A stretch of DNA of 63,976 nt, counting the filler, from Craspedostauros australis (Eukaryota): assembly GCA_030167865.1 (NCBI GenBank). It is 18 parts of 18 records of this genome, joined end to end, with 100 filler letters (N's around TTAATTAATTAA, not from the genome) between each part and the next. Parts side by side here need not be neighbours in the genome. Positions count along the whole stretch, not along the records: positions 58,447 to 59,912 come from JALAGF010003115.1; positions 60,013 to 61,320 come from JALAGF010003116.1; positions 61,421 to 63,976 come from JALAGF010003117.1; 15 more parts are not named here. One strand, given 5' to 3'. The notes below the pieces were generated by a model, which was not told the origin of the DNA, did not search any database, and saw only the letters and a program-made list of their open reading frames with translations. Below are positions 59,576 through 63,976 of this stretch, in pieces. The position numbers were made by a program, and so were the translations under genes. Each line of letters opens with the position of its first letter. Position 1 is the stretch's first letter.

Positions 59576-59912
59576 TGTTGGCAAGTTCCGCTCACGGTAA
59601 CTTACGATCGTGGAAGGTGGTGTTGGTTGATAGTCGTTCGTTTGCTATTTCATTACTTGGCTACTCCGATCCTCTCGGTGTACNNNNGTTCTCTTGCCCG
59701 ATGCTCTTGGCGCTTCAATCTGTTTCGTAGATTCAGTTCTCCGACACGACTATGAGTCGGTACGCGAGATGCTCTCTCGTCTCTCTCTCTCTCTCTCTCT
59801 GTATTCTCTCTCTCTCAACATCGTGTGCTCGTCCCACACGATACTCCGTGTTCGATGCGTACTCCGCATTCGACACTCCGTTCGTTCAGTACTGGCTCCT
59901 ACTCCATGAGTA
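59576..59912 (-). mobile_element. LTR family A, third copy (partial), inserted into the pol above
   Basis: TGTTGGCAAG terminus at 59576; aligns with 30304-30625. Confidence 0.88.
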
Positions 59913-60316
59913 NNNNNNNNNNNNNNNNNNNNNNNNNNNNNNNNNNNNNNNNNNNNTTAATTAATTAANNNNNNNNNNNNNNNNNNNNNNNNNNNNNNNN
60001 NNNNNNNNNNNNACATCCCACACACAACAGCAGCGGACCCCCATTTGAATGGCTTGCGACACCATCACAGGCACACAACCCAATCATCGATCTGCTGTGC
60101 CACACCGTACGATCGCACAAAGCGCTGACACCATCACCATCACCATCACCATCAACTCCACCCCACCCAGTAACCTTAGCATCCGCACTATCTCTGCCCT
60201 ACCCAAGCTTCAGCCCACAGCAGCACCTCTCAAGTAACCAGATTGGAGCGGTACGTCAAGCCCGCACGTACACTCACACCAAAGCCAAGAATCAACGCTT
60301 GCGCCCTCGCTTTGAT

Positions 60317-61320
60317 ATGGCTGAAGTTCCCGGTCAGGCCGGCGATCTCGGTGGTAACGCGCCGCTCGTTGAGACGATCTGCGATTCTGTCTTCAAGAAC
60401 TACCGCTTCTGGACCCTCAAGGATGACGACGAACGCATCATGAAGATGCTGAAGACGTTGCCGAAGCCCGACGAAAGCGTCATCATGGAGACGATGGGAA
60501 TGATTCAACAGGCGGAACTAACAGACGAGAAGAGGAGCGCATGGGAGGTTGATTGGCTCAACAGAACGATGACCTTCCGAAAGGATGTCATCGCTATGGT
60601 GGAAACGGGGCGCTGGTCGGATCGTGACGTATGCGTAGATAGTAGGAGGCCCGCCAACTCTGGAAAATACAACTTCCTGGCCCAATGGCTCTACAACGGT
60701 GGCAATGAGGGCAACGCAACATACGCATGGAACTTGATCAAGGGTCTCGGTGGACTCGATGACCCAAACGTGGATCTCCGCCAATCGGTACAGAGCAGCC
60801 TGGAGAAGCTCTTCNACGCTCGAACCGAACACACAAAGCATTCTCTTCGGAGCATACAGTGTGGTGGGAGGAGAAGAGTATATTACATCGGCGATTGCAA
60901 GTTTCGACACATGGGCAGCGAATCTAGAATCCCCCCAAGAGTTCATGTCACCCAAAATGACAAAGCTGCACACACCAGCGTAGTCCGTGTCTTCTTCTCC
61001 GGCAGCGGTACAGGAAAGACAGTCGAGCTGGCAACAAGCTCAGAGTCAAGACATGCTGTCATCACTCTGATGCATGAAGCAGACGGTGACATAGCGGCGG
61101 CGGATCCAAACGATGCTCGAACGGAGCAGTGCCGAGCTTACTTGAAGGAATGGGTGAATGCTTTCTTCACACGTGACGGTGTGGTGCTATCAACGATCGT
61201 AAACACGGTGCGGCAGCGGTTGGATACACTCAAGAAGAAGAAGAAGAAGAAGAAGAAGGAACGCATGAGCGACTCGACTGGAGACGATGCACACCCGAAG
61301 GTGAAGGACAACATGATTCG
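60317..61320 (+). CDS. Uncharacterised P-loop NTPase (truncated)
   Basis: ~335 open codons; VRVFFSGSGTGKTVEL Walker A-like motif after a beta strand. Confidence 0.6.
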
Positions 61321-61420
61321 NNNNNNNNNNNNNNNNNNNNNNNNNNNNNNNNNNNNNNNNNNNNTTAATTAATTAANNNNNNNNNNNNNNNNNNNNNNNN
61401 NNNNNNNNNNNNNNNNNNNN

Positions 61421-63445
61421 GTAGCAGTAGCTACATCCGGAGTAGGGCACAACAGGTGTGTCGTTGCACACGCCATCGGAGAGGTTGATGTCGGCGCTCC
61501 AGTAGAACTGGTAGCCCAAGTATCGGCAAGAGTTGGCTGACACGCAGGTGCCATCGCCAATCCTGGTGGATCCCTCGAACTGGTTAAATGGGATGGCCGG
61601 GGAGACGTTAGTGTCGCTGACGTGGGCATTGACGTAAGAGCACGAATTGTTGTTGGTGCAGGATCCGGCCCCGACGATAGTGTCGGAGACACGTTTGTTG
61701 TCGGTGGTGCCGTTGCCCTGGGTTGGTGTGACGGTGGCGTAGCTGGTTGGTCCAGCACCCATCGCAGCACACGCACCGGTTCCGGTGCAGGAACCTGCGC
61801 CGACGATGGCATCACCATTGGACTGCTGGGCGAAGGCGTAGCACGAATTGTCTCCCTGGCATGATCCTGGAGCCACAACGGAGGCCTTGAAGGTTCCGGA
61901 GTTGAAGTTGAAGTACGCACAGGCGTTGTCGTCAGTGGGGCCGGGGCCGCTGATGCAGGATCCCTGGAAGATGATGCTCTGGGGCTCGAGGCTGCTGCAG
62001 GCCGTAGTTCCAATGCAGCTGTTGGATGCGATGGATGCAATGCCCACCCAAGAGCAAGCGTTGGTTCCAGTGCAGCAGGGTCGTCCTCCTTCGGCGCACC
62101 AGGCGATGGCGTCGGCGTCAGTTCCGGTGAACATATCTCCGTCAGCGGCGAGTGCGGCAGTGAATGCCTCGAAAACACCGGTCTTTGTGCTGATGGCGTT
62201 GTAGAGGTCGAGACCGCCATTAGGGGGGGCCTGGTTGGCGAAAATACCGACGAGGTCGTCCTTGCTCTCGATGGCGGCGAGGAGAGCGCCTTCGTCTTCG
62301 GGGGCCAGTAGGCCGATCAAATCCACGAAGGGGCCGATTTTGTCGACAGTTGGTGCGCTGGTTGGTGCCGAGGTTGTGACGGTGGGTGCGGATGTTGGGG
62401 CATTTGTTGGTGCGGAAGTCGTGAGAGTTGGTACGGATGTTGGGGTACGGGTGGGTGCCGAAGTTGGGGCGCTGGTTGGTGCGCTAGTTGGGCTCACGGT
62501 TGGCGCCGATGTCGGGGCGCTGGTTGGTGCATTTGTTGGCGCGGAAGTCGTGGCAATTGGTGCGGATGTTGGGTCATTTGTTGGTGCCGAAGTTGGTGCA
62601 GAAGTTGGTGCGCTGGTTGGGCTCACGGTTGGCGCCGATGTCGGAGCGCTGGTTGGTGCAGAAGTCGGAGCGCTGGTTGGGGTACGGGTGGGCGCCGAAG
62701 TTGGTGCAGAAGTTGGGGCGCTGGTTGGTGCGCTGGTTGGGCTCACGGTTGGCGCCGATGTCGGGGCGCTGGTTGGTGCAGAAGTCGGGGCCCTGGTTGG
62801 TGCAGAAGTCGGAGCGCTGGTTGGGGTACGGGTGGGCACCGAAGTTGGTGCAGAAGTTGAGGCGCTGGTTGGGATCACGGTTGGCGCCGATGTCGGGGCG
62901 CTGGTTGGGGTACGGGTGGGCGCCAAAGTTGGTGCAGAAGTTGGGGTGCTGGTTGGGATCACGGTTGGCGCCGATGTCGGAGCGCTGGTTGGCGAGATAC
63001 AGGTTGGGGCAGCGGGCATGTCATTGGTATTGTCCTTCGTGTTCTTCATGCCGCCGCCTTTGCCTTTGCCGTCGCCTTTGTCGTCGCCTTTGCCGTCGCT
63101 TTTGCCGTTTCCTTTGCCGTCGCCTTTGCCGTCGCCTTTGCCGTTGCCTTTGCCGTTGCATATGGGTTTTCCGTCGCCTTTGACTTGTTTGTCGCCTTTG
63201 CCCTTGCCCTTGCCCTTTTCATACTTGGATTCGTATTCGGAAGGAGGGCTTGTCGCGGTGTACTCCTTGATGCGGCGGAGCTTCTTGGTGACGCTGGTGA
63301 CCTCCTCGATCTTTCTCTCATTGTTTCCGTAGTAAGTCCAGGAGAGCTTGCTGTTTCCGGCGACCTTTTCTTCCTTGTTGGCTGGGATGCGTACGTTGGC
63401 GACGACCTTCTCGTCGGCGGTGGCGGTGGTGACGATATGGGCCAA
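61421..63445 (-). CDS. Secreted mucin-like/cell-surface protein: K/G-rich block, PTSAPT repeats, Cys-rich GSCxGxxxC repeats (start uncertain, 3'-truncated)
   Basis: SSLILAHIVTTATA-DEK signal-like end, (KGDG)n block, long PTSA repeat tract, repeated IVGAGSCTG..AC units. No in-frame ATG found. Confidence 0.8.
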
Positions 63446-63627
63446 GATGAGGGAGCTGGCTGGGGCTTCCGGTAAAACGGACTATCGGACTAACGAACAG
63501 CATCATGATTTGGTTAACGGACCATATTAGTCGTGAATGCGAAATTCTTAGTCCTGGTTGGAATGTCGTACTTGGCATTTTTGGTTATATCAATCCGTGA
63601 TTGAATTGTCTCTAGCCTGCAGTGAAA

Positions 63628-63802
63628 AAAAGATGCCCTAAAATAGGGCACGTTTTGAAAAGATGCCCTATTTAGGGCACGTTTTGAAAAGATGCCCTAT
63701 TTAAGGCACGTTTTGAAAAGATGCCCTATATAAGGCACGTTTTGAAAAGATGCCCTAAATAGGGCACGTTTTGAAAAGATGCCCTAAATAGGGCACGTTT
63801 TG
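63628..63802. repeat. Six tandem 29-30-bp palindromic units (AAAAGATGCCCTA-ww-TAGGGCACGTTTTG)
   Basis: Copies at 63628, 63658, 63687, 63716, 63745 and 63774. Confidence 0.95.
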
Positions 63803-63976
63803 TTTCACAACAGCCCAGCCACGATGGGCACATTCCACAAAACCATCAACGGGGAACGATGTGGACGTCACCGAATGACGAATCAGAACACTAATACTTA
63901 TCGTCATCTTGGCGTGACATGACTTTGATAATCCTCTGTCGTCGCGTTGTTGCGCGGGATTTGCTCTTGCTCTTTC

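Noticed and set aside
62235..63332. Long plus-strand VGA-repeat ORF; similar antisense ORFs at 16496-17350, 41739-42671 and 47822-49087
   Set aside because: Antisense shadows of real coding sequences.
63628..63802. CRISPR array (29-bp palindromic repeats)
   Set aside because: Repeat size and hairpin look CRISPR-like, but there are no spacers.

Overview
Eukaryotic nuclear DNA, most likely from a diatom. This is inferred from CoDi-type Ty1/Copia retrotransposons, bipartite signal-peptide + 'A/G-F' plastid presequences, a diatom-type GPCR and a P/T/S-rich secreted protein. The window is not one locus. It is 18 separate contigs joined by 17 artificial 100-bp linkers (N44-TTAATTAATTAA-N44), so gene order across linkers means nothing. 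Contig 1 (1-24584) is ordinary gene space: a DTW-domain tRNA-modifying enzyme, a 2-exon 7TM receptor, tRNA-Ala(UGC), a diatom hypothetical protein, ETHE1, a 2-exon crystallin-J1/SelJ-like ADP-ribosylglycohydrolase and a truncated membrane histidine kinase. The remaining short contigs are mostly transposon fragments (several Copia/CoDi families, an RNase H-bearing LINE, DDE_Tnp_4 transposase ends), tandem repeats at several scales and partial genes. The best candidate for something undescribed is a Copia element whose gag and pol are in the same frame, separated by one UGA. Six nucleotides after that UGA is a stem-loop that holds the pol AUG in its loop, which suggests a stop-codon readthrough cassette. 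A hydrophobic segment follows, before the protease. Other leads are a structured LTR-adjacent region with no visible tRNA PBS, nonsense-only decay of TEs with CpG-type changes, arrays of palindromic repeats, and two probable pseudo-enzymes. All homology calls come from motif recognition by eye; no database search was run.
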